This document shows, in pieces, positions 1-9,307 of a stretch of 64,000 nucleotides of DNA. Where the stretch lies: the IMG/VR virus record IMGVR_UViG_3300031519_006967, positions 36,828 to 100,827 of that record; one strand, written 5' to 3'. This DNA is from a virus. Under the pieces are notes generated by a model. It was not told where the DNA came from, did no database searches, and saw only the letters and a list, made by a program, of their open reading frames with translations. The first letter of the stretch is position 1. Every line of letters begins with the position of its first letter. A program made the position numbers and the translations under genes.

Positions 1-590
1 AGAATCCATTTGAAGCTAGTATCGATACTAGGGACGATGAGATTTCTACCAAGACTGATTTAGTTTCTGCGTTGGAGGAAGAAGTTGAGATTTTAGATTA
101 CGTTAAATATCTGTGTTCACCCGAAGGCGTAAAGGCTCACATATTATCTAAGATAGTGGAGCTATTCAACGCTAAGCTGAATTATTATTTGAGTGTTTTA
201 ACCACCCCCTTCACGATTAAATTCGATCAATATTTTGACGAGACTATTACTAATGATAATGGTGCAGAGGTATCATATCACTCATTATCTGGTGGTGAGA
301 GGAAGCGTGTAGATTTATCTATGTTGTTTGCTTTCAAAGACTTACGTAGAATGCAATCTAATATCAACGTTAATGTTACTATGTTTGATGAGATTCTAGA
401 CTCGGCAATATGCAATGTCGGAATTAATAAAGCTCTAGATATTTTACAGGAACACTCCGATGAAAATGACGAATCTATTTTTATTATTACTCATAAATTA
501 AGCCAAGTTGATGATCGAGGAGATGTTATTTATCTTGAAAAGGAAGATAGGTTAACTAAGAAAGTTGACGCACTGGACTATCGCGGATAA
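1..590 (+). CDS. Recombination endonuclease ATPase subunit (T4 gp46/Rad50/SbcC-like), C-terminal part, 5' truncated
   Basis: ABC signature LSGGE, Walker B MFDEILD, H-loop FIITH; the frame is open back to the window start. Confidence 0.9.
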   Translation, partial: NPFEASIDTRDDEISTKTDLVSALEEEVEILDYVKYLCSPEGVKAHILSKIVELFNAKLNYYLSVLTTPFTIKFDQYFDETITNDNGAEVSYHSLSGGERKRVDLSMLFAFKDLRRMQSNINVNVTMFDEILDSAICNVGINKALDILQEHSDENDESIFIITHKLSQVDDRGDVIYLEKEDRLTKKVDALDYRG

Positions 591-598
591 GTAAAGCC

Positions 599-1882
599 AT
601 GGCTAATTTTAGAAAAGCGGGTAGTAATCCCAGCATAGATGATATTAAGGGGGGAGTAGGAAGTCTTGGTAATTTACCAGTAGCCAAAAAGAGTGATAAA
701 TTACCATTACCTGGTGAAGGGTTATCTAGATATATTCACTTTAATGCTGACCAAAGTGGTTGTGGGTTTTGGCGAATGATTTGGCCATCAGAGCAATTAT
801 TAGTTCATAATCGCGCAGTGGTTTCTACCTGTTACCAAATGGTGTTAAATCCTCATTTCTATATGGGAGTAGACGCCGTTAGATTACAACGACAATGCAC
901 GGAGCATCAATATGAATTCGTTAAGGCGTTGAGGCATTTTTCCACAATTAAAAAGGAGAAGACTGGAAAAGGATTTAAATTAATTTGGGAGGTGGATGAT
1001 GTCGTTGCACCAGTGGCAGACATACCAGAATACAATCGGTGTAGGGATGCTTTTACCAATCCCCAAATTGGAGACACGGTAAAGAGAATTGTGCATCTTT
1101 GTGATGAGGTCTCCGTTGTATCTGAGAGAATGAGGAAACACTATTCTGATTTTTTGTCGTATGATAATATTAGTGTGCTTCCAAACTATTTCCCGCGTAA
1201 TTGGGCGGATAGATTATATGATCCTGAGAAAATAGCCAAAAGGTTTGATCGGCAGAAAAATAAACCAACTATTGGATATGCTGGGTCTGCCACTCACTTT
1301 GATATTGCAAATAAAACTAAACAACGAGACGATTTTCATCACGTAATTCATGACATAATTAAATATGTTGATGATTATAATTTTGTTTTCTTTGGTGGAT
1401 ATCCTTCTAACTTAACACCATACGTTAAGGACGGAAGGATTAAACATGTCCCTTGGGGAAACCTTGATAAATATCCAACTATTTTGGAGAGTTTGGGGGT
1501 AGATGTTATGATAGCCCCATTAATGCAGAATTCGTTTTCCGATTCTAAATCAAGTATTAAATTTTTGGAAGGCGCTGCCATTGGAGTTCCTGTGGTGTGC
1601 CAAGACCTTCCGCCATATGAAATGTCACCTTGGAAGTTTAATACATCCGATGAGATGTTTGATCATATTAAAATGATTACATATGATGAGTCAACTTATG
1701 AGTATGCATCTAAATTAGCACGTTCATTCATTGAAGATTTTTGGTTGGATGATCACCTAGACGAATTACAGTTAGTGTACGATACGCCATATGCGGACGA
1801 ATCCCGTAAGAAAAATAAGGTCTTCTATGCCAATAATAAATCTCAGTTTGACAAAAAGAAAATTCCAGTGTATAGTGTGTAA
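599..1882 (+). CDS. GT-B fold glycosyltransferase
   Basis: GCGFWRM N-terminus, WEVDD, IGYAGSATH and KSSIKFLE...GVPVV motifs typical of phage GT4-like enzymes. Confidence 0.75.
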   Translation: MANFRKAGSNPSIDDIKGGVGSLGNLPVAKKSDKLPLPGEGLSRYIHFNADQSGCGFWRMIWPSEQLLVHNRAVVSTCYQMVLNPHFYMGVDAVRLQRQCTEHQYEFVKALRHFSTIKKEKTGKGFKLIWEVDDVVAPVADIPEYNRCRDAFTNPQIGDTVKRIVHLCDEVSVVSERMRKHYSDFLSYDNISVLPNYFPRNWADRLYDPEKIAKRFDRQKNKPTIGYAGSATHFDIANKTKQRDDFHHVIHDIIKYVDDYNFVFFGGYPSNLTPYVKDGRIKHVPWGNLDKYPTILESLGVDVMIAPLMQNSFSDSKSSIKFLEGAAIGVPVVCQDLPPYEMSPWKFNTSDEMFDHIKMITYDESTYEYASKLARSFIEDFWLDDHLDELQLVYDTPYADESRKKNKVFYANNKSQFDKKKIPVYSV

Positions 1883-1889
1883 TTGAGAT

Positions 1890-4454
1890 ATGTATAGAAA
1901 CATTCATTACAACAACCGAGAGAGTATAATAACTGAGTGGACGTGGGACGACGTAGGAAACCATGTGGAAAGACGTGAGACCTTCTTACCCTTCTTATAT
2001 GTAGAAACTTCTGAACCAGACCCTGATGCTATGAGTATTTTTGATACTCCATTGCGTAAATTGGAGTTTGATAAAGAGTGGGAGCGCCGTAAGTTCGCAG
2101 AGAAAACAAACAAGCGCGTCTTCTTTAATATTCCCGTTAAGCAGCAATATCTATTGGAGAAGTATGCAAATACATCTATGGATGATATGGTGCAATTTCC
2201 ACTTAAGACTTACTATATTGACATTGAGGTATATTCACATGATACCTTCCCTGAAGCCGATGAAGCCGATTTCCCTATTAATGTCATCACATTTTTTGAC
2301 ACGGACTCCCAGTTGTTTTACTCTTGGGGATTGGAGAAAGAGTATGACCCATCCCAGCTTGATGAAATCGGGTTAGAGCCAGATCAGGTTAAATACGTAT
2401 CTTGTAGTAGCGAGGTTGACCTCTTAGAGTGTTTCCTTAACTATTGGAGCAACAACTACCCTGATGTTGTAACGGGATGGAACACTTCTACATTCGATAT
2501 TCCTTACATCGTAAATAGAATTAGAAAACTTCTAGGCGAATCTGAAGTTAAGAAACTTTCTCCAGTGGGAAACATATATTCTAGACCAAGAAAAAATTAC
2601 TGGGATCGTTACTATACACATTGGATTTTGGATGGGGTCGCAGATATTGATTACCTTGAACTATACGCTAAATCAGAGATGAATGACAAGGAGTCACATA
2701 CTCTAGATTACATTGCGAAGTTGGAAGGGGTTGATGGCAAGGTGGCATTCGAATCGGCAAACCTAGCAACGTTGGCAGATGAAGATTGGGACACGTTTGT
2801 CACATATAACATCCAAGATGTTAACATTATGGTTAAGCTTGAGGCTAAGAAGCGTTATTTGCGGGTTGCCCGTGGTAAGGCATATAGAGGGTTCTCTCCA
2901 TTAGAGAAGGCACTAGACTCTGTACCAATTGTTACTGGCATGATTGCTAAGGCTGGATTAGACGATAATCAAATTATTGTATCAGCTAAACCACCTGAAG
3001 AAAGCGCAGACTTTGTTGGTGGGTATGTGTTTAAGCCATCTGGTAAGGTACATAGAGGCATCGTATCATTTGATGTGAACTCATTGTACCCAAATACAAT
3101 GATTACGCTTAACACGTCACCAGAAACTAAGGTGGGTAGAGTCCACAGGATTAGTGATGATCAAGTTAGGCTTGAGTTAGTGTCAGGTAAAAGTAAAATT
3201 ATATCTACGTCTGAGCTTAAAGCTACAATCAAAAAACATAATTTAATTATAACTAAGTCTAATGTATTATTCCATCAGCGAAAGATGGGAATTTGTGCAA
3301 AGTTCTTGGACGATATGTATAAGGATCGTAAAGCCATACAGAAGCAGATGAGGGAAACTGATGATGAGGTTCTTAAGGATAAACTCGATATTGAGCAATA
3401 TCTTTTAAAGATTCTTCTCAACTCAGTGTATGGAGTATTTGGTAATAAATATTTCCCACTATATGATTTAGACATTGCGGAGTCTGTTACTAAAACTGGT
3501 CAAGCCATGATTAGGAAGTCTACAGATATCATGAAGGATGAGGCATTGAAACGCGCTAACGTAACGGATGAAATTACTGTTTATGGAGACACCGATTCAA
3601 ACTTCTTTGATTTTGATAAAATATTAAAAAATATGGGAGTTGAGTTCTTTCGGGAAATTGATGGTGAAATGAAAGTTACTCCAGAAGCTCTTGTAGTTAT
3701 TGATGAGTTTGAGGATAACTTAAATGATGAAATTAATGATTGGGCGATATCACAGTTAAATACCAACGATCCAAGATATCATTTCTCCCGAGAGAAGATA
3801 TGTTTAATTGGCACGTTCTTAACTAAGAAGAATTATATTCTTAGGGTATTGAATAACGAGGGCGAGGATTGCGATAAATTAGCAATGGCTGGTGTAGAAC
3901 TTAAGAAATCTTCTCACTCAGACCCAGTTAAAGAGTTAATACTTAAGGTGTTGAAGTGTATTTTCTATGAGACTGGTAAAGGCGAGGCTAATAAATTTTA
4001 CAATGAAGCTCTTGATAATTTTAAGGGTTTGCCAGCACCCGATATTGCTTTACGTAAAAATATTAAAAATCATGAGAAGTGGCTTGCCATGGCCAAAGGT
4101 AATGATTGCGGTAAGGGAACACCCCAACACCATAAGGGTGCCATCTATTATAATAGCTTGATTGATGAGCTTGGATTGGGGGGAAAATACCCGAAAATTT
4201 CTTCTGGACAAAAGGTAAAAATGGTGTATCTTGAGAAGAATAAGAGAGGAATGCGGTTCATTGCGTTCATTGACGCGCTACCACCAGAGTTTGAATTGTC
4301 TCCAGATTACGACATTCAGTTCAAAAAAATGGTAACTCCTTTAATACAAAGGTGTTACATTGGTAGCGATTGGCGATTACCCAACATTGATAAACCTGTA
4401 ACCTTAGACTTATTTGAATTTTTAGGAATTGAAGAAAATGATGAAACAAGTTAA
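1890..4454 (+). CDS. Family B DNA polymerase (T4 gp43-like)
   Basis: ExoI DIEV, ExoII GWNTSTFD, ExoIII YNIQD; DVNSLYP, KILLNSVYG and YGDTDS motifs; C-terminal LDLFEF clamp-binding-like tail. Confidence 0.97.
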   Translation: MYRNIHYNNRESIITEWTWDDVGNHVERRETFLPFLYVETSEPDPDAMSIFDTPLRKLEFDKEWERRKFAEKTNKRVFFNIPVKQQYLLEKYANTSMDDMVQFPLKTYYIDIEVYSHDTFPEADEADFPINVITFFDTDSQLFYSWGLEKEYDPSQLDEIGLEPDQVKYVSCSSEVDLLECFLNYWSNNYPDVVTGWNTSTFDIPYIVNRIRKLLGESEVKKLSPVGNIYSRPRKNYWDRYYTHWILDGVADIDYLELYAKSEMNDKESHTLDYIAKLEGVDGKVAFESANLATLADEDWDTFVTYNIQDVNIMVKLEAKKRYLRVARGKAYRGFSPLEKALDSVPIVTGMIAKAGLDDNQIIVSAKPPEESADFVGGYVFKPSGKVHRGIVSFDVNSLYPNTMITLNTSPETKVGRVHRISDDQVRLELVSGKSKIISTSELKATIKKHNLIITKSNVLFHQRKMGICAKFLDDMYKDRKAIQKQMRETDDEVLKDKLDIEQYLLKILLNSVYGVFGNKYFPLYDLDIAESVTKTGQAMIRKSTDIMKDEALKRANVTDEITVYGDTDSNFFDFDKILKNMGVEFFREIDGEMKVTPEALVVIDEFEDNLNDEINDWAISQLNTNDPRYHFSREKICLIGTFLTKKNYILRVLNNEGEDCDKLAMAGVELKKSSHSDPVKELILKVLKCIFYETGKGEANKFYNEALDNFKGLPAPDIALRKNIKNHEKWLAMAKGNDCGKGTPQHHKGAIYYNSLIDELGLGGKYPKISSGQKVKMVYLEKNKRGMRFIAFIDALPPEFELSPDYDIQFKKMVTPLIQRCYIGSDWRLPNIDKPVTLDLFEFLGIEENDETS

Positions 4455-4848
4455 ACAAGTAATAGTAGTTCGCCGAGATTTAAACATGACCACGGGTAAG
4501 TCCATCTCACAGGGATGTCATGCGTCCTTGTCGTTTCTAACTAAACCCTTCCATGTTTTTGGCTTTGGGGGGGTGTGGGTATATTATAATTTAATTCGAA
4601 CCCTCCTCTCAAAACCAGTCCGATCTTGGATTGAGAATGGGTTTACTAAAATTTGCTTGGCGGCAGATACTGAGGATCAGATATATTTGATTGCTGCACA
4701 TGCCAAACATTTAGGAATTGAGTGTAACGTAATTAAGGATTCGGGTAAAACTGAGTTTAAAGGTAAGCCCACTGTTACATGTCTGGCCTTGGGACCAGAT
4801 TATTCTGATAGGATTGATGTGATTACAGGAAATTTAAAATTATTATGA
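4438..4848 (+). CDS. Peptidyl-tRNA hydrolase, PTH2 family
   Basis: KQVIVVRRDL.MTTGK...QGCHAS, DSGKTEF and TCLALGP motifs. Confidence 0.9.
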   Translation: MMKQVKQVIVVRRDLNMTTGKSISQGCHASLSFLTKPFHVFGFGGVWVYYNLIRTLLSKPVRSWIENGFTKICLAADTEDQIYLIAAHAKHLGIECNVIKDSGKTEFKGKPTVTCLALGPDYSDRIDVITGNLKLL

Positions 4849-4913
4849 GTCAAGTATAATTTTAGTAGACAAAAAACTGGAATGAGTCGTTTCCATGGTG
4901 TATATTATATACT

Positions 4914-5579
4914 ATGAAAGATGATTATACACATATTGCAATAATTCTAGATCGTTCTGGTTCTATGAAACAGATTAAAGACGATACCATTGGAGGATTT
5001 AACCAGTTTCTTGAAGACCAACAAAAGGAAGAGGGATATGCTACTGTAACATTAGCACAATTCGACAGTAGTTATGAACTGCTAGAAGATTTTACTGATA
5101 TTGGAGAAGTCCCTCTACTGACAGAAGAGACATTCATACCACGAAGCATGACTGCTCTACAAGACGCCATTGGCCTGACGGTTAATAGTGTTGGACAGAA
5201 GTTAGCGGCTCTCGACGAGAAAGACAGACCATCAAAGGTCTTAATTTGCGTTATGACGGACGGTGATGAAAACGCATCTAGAGAGTTTTCCCCTAGCGAT
5301 ATTAAAGAATTAGTTAAACTCCAAACGGAAGAATATAAGTGGGAATTTGTATTTATTGGAGCTAATCAAGACGCAGTTATTACTTCTGGAACGCTTGGGT
5401 TCGATGCAGGAAAAACAATGACATATGCTGCGAATTCTAGAGGAACTACAAGCGCATATCAAACTCTTAGTGATAATGTTAAAACCTTACGTAATTCTAA
5501 AGGGGCTGACACATCAGAAGCCATGCTATTCTCTGATGATCAGAAGAAAGAACAAAAAGACGCTGGTGCAGTTGCATAA
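4914..5579 (+). CDS. von Willebrand factor A (vWA) domain protein
   Basis: MIDAS DRSGSM, TALQDAIG, MTDGDENAS, FVFIGAN. Confidence 0.85.
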   Translation: MKDDYTHIAIILDRSGSMKQIKDDTIGGFNQFLEDQQKEEGYATVTLAQFDSSYELLEDFTDIGEVPLLTEETFIPRSMTALQDAIGLTVNSVGQKLAALDEKDRPSKVLICVMTDGDENASREFSPSDIKELVKLQTEEYKWEFVFIGANQDAVITSGTLGFDAGKTMTYAANSRGTTSAYQTLSDNVKTLRNSKGADTSEAMLFSDDQKKEQKDAGAVA

Positions 5580-5605
5580 CCCATATTAAATTACTAAATT
5601 ATATT

Positions 5606-6022
5606 ATGTCAGAAGAAATTCAATATAGAGCAATTTTACGAGATGTTGCCCAAGTCGTTATTGGCGAGTTGGTGAGCGAAGATGAAGATAAGGTGGTTCT
5701 TAAAAACCCATCCATTCTACATGTTCAAGCGCAGGGACAAAGCATTAGTTTACAATACATCCCATTAGGTTTAGTTAGCATGAATCCCCCAATTACCCTG
5801 AAGGTGTTGTGTAAGGAAGGCGCTGATCTAGATTTCGGGATTCCCTTTAGTAAACATGAGGTGCTTGTTGCGGACGTGCCACTTAATGATGAAGTCCTTA
5901 ATGGGTATAAGGAAGCACAAAACCCAAGTCCAATAGCCACGCCTAGCGGTGCTGGAGCATTGGTTGGGCCTGATGGATCGGTGCTACCGACCACCACACC
6001 AAAAGCACAAAATCTATTTTAA
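5606..6022 (+). CDS. Hypothetical protein, possible Sm-like fold
   Basis: 138-aa ORF with VIGEL...VVLKNP pattern. Confidence 0.5.
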   Translation: MSEEIQYRAILRDVAQVVIGELVSEDEDKVVLKNPSILHVQAQGQSISLQYIPLGLVSMNPPITLKVLCKEGADLDFGIPFSKHEVLVADVPLNDEVLNGYKEAQNPSPIATPSGAGALVGPDGSVLPTTTPKAQNLF

Positions 6023-6050
6023 TAGACTCATAAAATAATAAAAAACTTTG

Positions 6051-6080
6051 AAGCCGCCCTTGAAATGGGGCGGCTTTTTT
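6051..6080 (+). terminator. Rho-independent terminator
   Basis: AAGCCGCCC-loop-GGGCGGCTT followed by a T tract. Confidence 0.8.
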
Positions 6081-6093
6081 GTTATATTATATT

Positions 6094-7179
6094 ATGAGTA
6101 AACTATTAGAACGACTAAAGAAAAATTCTACGCTTGAATGCGAGATAATGAGCGATAGCAGATTTTACGGAAACGATGTGTTTTATGATACTGGATACCC
6201 CCATTTAAATTTAGCATTGAGCGGAAGGCTTAACGGGGGTCTTAGTACTGGGGTGACCATGATTGCTGCTCCCTCCAAGCACTTCAAATCAAACTATTTA
6301 TGTATTTGCATGAAGGCATTCCAAAGGGAAAAGCCAGATGGTGTTATTCTGTTCTATGATACTGAGGGCGGCACTAAGCCTAGTTATCTGGAAACATTTG
6401 GGGTAGATGCTAGTAGACTACTACACATCCCTGTCATGAACTTAGAGGAGCTAAAATTTGATTTAGCTAAACAGTTGAACGATATGGATGCCGCCGACGA
6501 TATTTTTGTTGCAGTAGATTCTTTAGGTAACATTGCATCTAAGAAAGAGGTGGTAGATGCTCAAACCGGAAATGAGGCAGCAGATATGACTAGAGCTAAA
6601 CAAATGAAGTCTTTAGGTAGAATTATAACTCCATATATTAATAAATTCAAAATATCGTTTGTTGGGATTGGTCATACGTATCAGACTCAAGATAGATTTC
6701 CCACTACTGTTATGAGTGGTGGAACGGGTGTTATGTATATTAGTGACACTGTTTTATTAGTTGGTAAATCTCAGGAGAAGACCGGAAAGGTGTTGGATGG
6801 TTTTGATTTTAAATTAAATATTGATAAATCAAGATTTATCAAAGAAAAACTAACTATCCCGTTTCCTGTAATGTATAGTGGCGGACCTGACAAGTATGGA
6901 GCATTGTTTGATCTTTGTATGGCACATACTGATATTATTGAACAAAAGGGTGCTTGGTATGTTTACCCAGAATCTGATAAAAATAAGAGAAAATCGGAAA
7001 TTGTGCAGGACACAAAATGGATGGATTCTTTGTTGGAAAATGATGAATTTGTGGATGCAGTTGAGGGTTATTATCGTCTCCCAGACCCCATTGACACGTC
7101 TCAGCCTTATGTTGCCCATGAGGAAGACCCTGATGAGGTAGATTTTGAGGCTATGGTTGCGGAAAATTCAGGGGAATAA
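6094..7179 (+). CDS. uvsX: RecA-like recombinase UvsX
   Basis: LNLALSG, Walker A variant APSKHFKS, FYDTEGG, DSLGN, ADMTRAK, SGGTG. Confidence 0.93.
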   Translation: MSKLLERLKKNSTLECEIMSDSRFYGNDVFYDTGYPHLNLALSGRLNGGLSTGVTMIAAPSKHFKSNYLCICMKAFQREKPDGVILFYDTEGGTKPSYLETFGVDASRLLHIPVMNLEELKFDLAKQLNDMDAADDIFVAVDSLGNIASKKEVVDAQTGNEAADMTRAKQMKSLGRIITPYINKFKISFVGIGHTYQTQDRFPTTVMSGGTGVMYISDTVLLVGKSQEKTGKVLDGFDFKLNIDKSRFIKEKLTIPFPVMYSGGPDKYGALFDLCMAHTDIIEQKGAWYVYPESDKNKRKSEIVQDTKWMDSLLENDEFVDAVEGYYRLPDPIDTSQPYVAHEEDPDEVDFEAMVAENSGE

Positions 7180-7195
7180 AACATTCAATTTATTC

Positions 7196-7224
7196 TTGAC
7201 AATACTAAAGTCATGGGGTAATAT
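7196..7224 (+). promoter_or_regulatory. Sigma70-type early promoter
   Basis: TTGACA (7196-7201), 17-nt spacer, TAATAT (7219-7224). Confidence 0.7.
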
Positions 7225-7234
7225 AAGTCTCACA

Positions 7235-7363
7235 GTTCAGAGATTACATTCAGCAACTAAAAATTGTAACGTAAACACAAAAAACACGTAATCTGAGTCT
7301 GAACACCATAATAGATTGAATACAGCAAACGTATTTTAAAATAAACAAATAAACAAATCAATC
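7235..7363 (+). ncRNA. Candidate structured leader RNA: two tandem hairpins sharing ATWCAGCAA
   Basis: GTTCAG-AGATTAC pairs with GTAATCT..CTGAAC and GATTGA pairs with TCAATC; the 5' arms are followed by ATTCAGCAA and ATACAGCAA. Confidence 0.55.
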
Positions 7364-7371
7364 AGAAAATT

Positions 7372-8823
7372 ATGAACACCCATAACGGAGCAAACGCAAA
7401 TTATAGCACAGGACACCCACTAGTGGAGTTCTTCGGAAAAGCAGGATCACTCTTTGATAAAAAGAAGGCTAACCAATCATATTACGGGAATGAGGCAACA
7501 GCCTTAGACTTGTTTTTAAACGCATGGGAAGTAGACAAGGAGAAGGCATTTAAACTCCTTCTTTGGTGTCGTGACGTTCGTGGTGGTGCCGGAAATCGAA
7601 GTGGATCACGATCTATTCTAACTTGGCTCGCAGGAGTTGACGCGGATTGGATCAATCTTAATATTTCTAAAATCCCTGAACTTGGTCGTTGGGATGACCT
7701 TATCGCATTGGTGGGAACTCCATGTGAGTCGTCTGCCCTTGAATTATGGGCATCTGCCATTAATAATAAAGATGGTCTTGCATGTAAGTGGTCTCCTAGA
7801 GAGAATAAGGCAGGACGCACCGTAGCTAAGAAACTTCGTAAGCTTTTGGGGTTTACCCCAAAGGAATATCGTAAGTGGTTGACTGCTAATACCCAAGTTG
7901 TTGAGACTGCAATGTGCAACAAAAACTGGAACGAAATCAAGTTTGGGGCAGTTCCATCCGTGGCTATGTCACGGTATGGTAAGTCTTTCCGAAAGCATGA
8001 TGAAACTCGGTTCACGCAGTATTTGGAAGATGTTAAGAACCCAGAATCTAAAGAGAAAATCAACGCGGGAGCATTGTTTCCTCATGACATTATGAAGGCA
8101 CTACCATCTACAGGTCGCGGTTGGTCCGACATTAAGTATGGTAAGTCTGACGTAGCTGACGCTCAATTTGAGGCTATGCCAGATTTTTTCGACACTGATA
8201 TGCGGGTTATGCCTATTATCGATACTTCTGGTTCGATGTGTGTTAACGTTGCGGGGGATACCTCAGCATCCGATGTTGCTATTTCACTAGCAATGTATGC
8301 ATCAGATCGCCTTGGTGAGGACAACCCATTCTACAGAAAGTTTATTCCATTCTCCACTAAGGCTCAGTTCTTTGATTGGAAGAATGCTGATGGATTTTCT
8401 GACGGCGTGGGGCAATTCGCCGAATCTACTGGTTACGGTTGGATTGGATCAACTAACGTTGCTTCTGCTTTTCGCCTATTGCTAGATACTGGAAGCTTCC
8501 TAAATGTTACTTCTGAGCAGATGCCTAATACGCTTCTAATTATCTCTGACATGCAGTTTAATTCTGGAACTAGTGGAGATGGAACGGAGGTTAGAAATCT
8601 TATTAAAGAGTGGACAGATCGCGGCTTTGACGAGCCAAATGTAGTATATTGGAACACTTCAGGTTATGCTGGTGCGCCTGACTCCGCGTATAGTGATAAG
8701 ACGGGCATGGTCTCAGGATTCAGCCCATCTATTTTGAACGCAGTATTTAATGGAACTGATTTCACCCCACTGGGGATTATGGAACAGGCTATCGAGAAGT
8801 ATGAGGTAGTTATTCCTGATTAA
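7372..8823 (+). CDS. DUF2828-family TROVE-like/vWA protein (Ro60-like architecture)
   Basis: RDVRGGAGNR, GRWDDL, KWSPRE, VPSVAM, INAGALFPHDI, MIDAS DTSGSM, ISDMQF, VYWN, VSGFSP. Confidence 0.85.
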   Translation: MNTHNGANANYSTGHPLVEFFGKAGSLFDKKKANQSYYGNEATALDLFLNAWEVDKEKAFKLLLWCRDVRGGAGNRSGSRSILTWLAGVDADWINLNISKIPELGRWDDLIALVGTPCESSALELWASAINNKDGLACKWSPRENKAGRTVAKKLRKLLGFTPKEYRKWLTANTQVVETAMCNKNWNEIKFGAVPSVAMSRYGKSFRKHDETRFTQYLEDVKNPESKEKINAGALFPHDIMKALPSTGRGWSDIKYGKSDVADAQFEAMPDFFDTDMRVMPIIDTSGSMCVNVAGDTSASDVAISLAMYASDRLGEDNPFYRKFIPFSTKAQFFDWKNADGFSDGVGQFAESTGYGWIGSTNVASAFRLLLDTGSFLNVTSEQMPNTLLIISDMQFNSGTSGDGTEVRNLIKEWTDRGFDEPNVVYWNTSGYAGAPDSAYSDKTGMVSGFSPSILNAVFNGTDFTPLGIMEQAIEKYEVVIPD

Positions 8824-8846
8824 TTTATCGTTGTATTTTTCATAAT

Positions 8847-8945
8847 AATCAACGCTAAAATCCAGCCATGACTACCGCGCTTAAGAACTCCGATCTCGCC
8901 ACTGACTCCGACGCGGTAGGCGTTGGCTGCGATGCCTTGTTCGGC
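8847..8945 (-). mobile_element. attC-like integron recombination site
   Basis: Minus strand: R'' GCCGAAC, 5-nt spacer, L'' ATCGCAGC (extra base at position 4), inner stem CTACCGCG/CGCGGTAG, L' GCTGGAT, 6-nt spacer, R' GTTGATT. Confidence 0.75.
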
Positions 8946-9251
8946 TTCTTATCTGGGACTACTAGCGAGCAGCGATGTGGGATAATGCCGCAACCCTCTC
9001 CTGTGTGCCTCGCTATCACGCCACCGCAAGAAAGAGTGATCGAGGCTCTAGCAATACTGGAACAACTTAAAGAATGCACGTCTCCGATCTCATCCGTGCA
9101 ACTAATGAATCAGATTACGGAGTGCCTTCGTCCTGTTGAATCTGAACTAGAGGAAGTGCGGCTCCAATGCTCTAAACTCCGCCAATGGGGTGAAGCGTGG
9201 AAAAAACGAACCAAGCTCGAAATAGAATTAAATTCTCTGCCGAACAGATAA
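8868..9251 (+). CDS. Hypothetical coiled-coil protein on an integron-like cassette
   Basis: 127-aa ORF, visibly more GC-rich than its flanks, starting inside the attC-like site. Confidence 0.6.
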   Translation: MTTALKNSDLATDSDAVGVGCDALFGFLSGTTSEQRCGIMPQPSPVCLAITPPQERVIEALAILEQLKECTSPISSVQLMNQITECLRPVESELEEVRLQCSKLRQWGEAWKKRTKLEIELNSLPNR

Positions 9252-9255
9252 AAGA

Positions 9256-9291
9256 AAAACCCGCCCCTCTTAATTGAGTTGCGGGTTTTTT
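9256..9291 (+). terminator. Rho-independent terminator
   Basis: AAAACCCGC...GCGGGTTTTTT. Confidence 0.75.
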
Positions 9292-9307
9292 GCGTATAAG
9301 TATTACC

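Noticed and set aside
1890-4454. Intein or intron in DNA polymerase (also checked helicase, terminase, primase)
   Set aside because: Lengths and motif spacing are normal and no splicing motifs were seen
7235-7363. Mini CRISPR array
   Set aside because: Only two units sharing about 9 nt, no identical repeats with regular spacers, and no cas genes
7482-8063. Long antisense or alternate-frame ORFs (e.g. 7482-8063, 26938-27588, 31738-32355, 32755-33252)
   Set aside because: They shadow well-supported genes on the other strand and have no motifs or promoter signal
8855-9079. Minus-strand 74-aa ORF as the cassette gene
   Set aside because: Its PNKASQPTP segment is simply the attC sequence translated; the plus-strand ORF is longer and co-oriented with its neighbours
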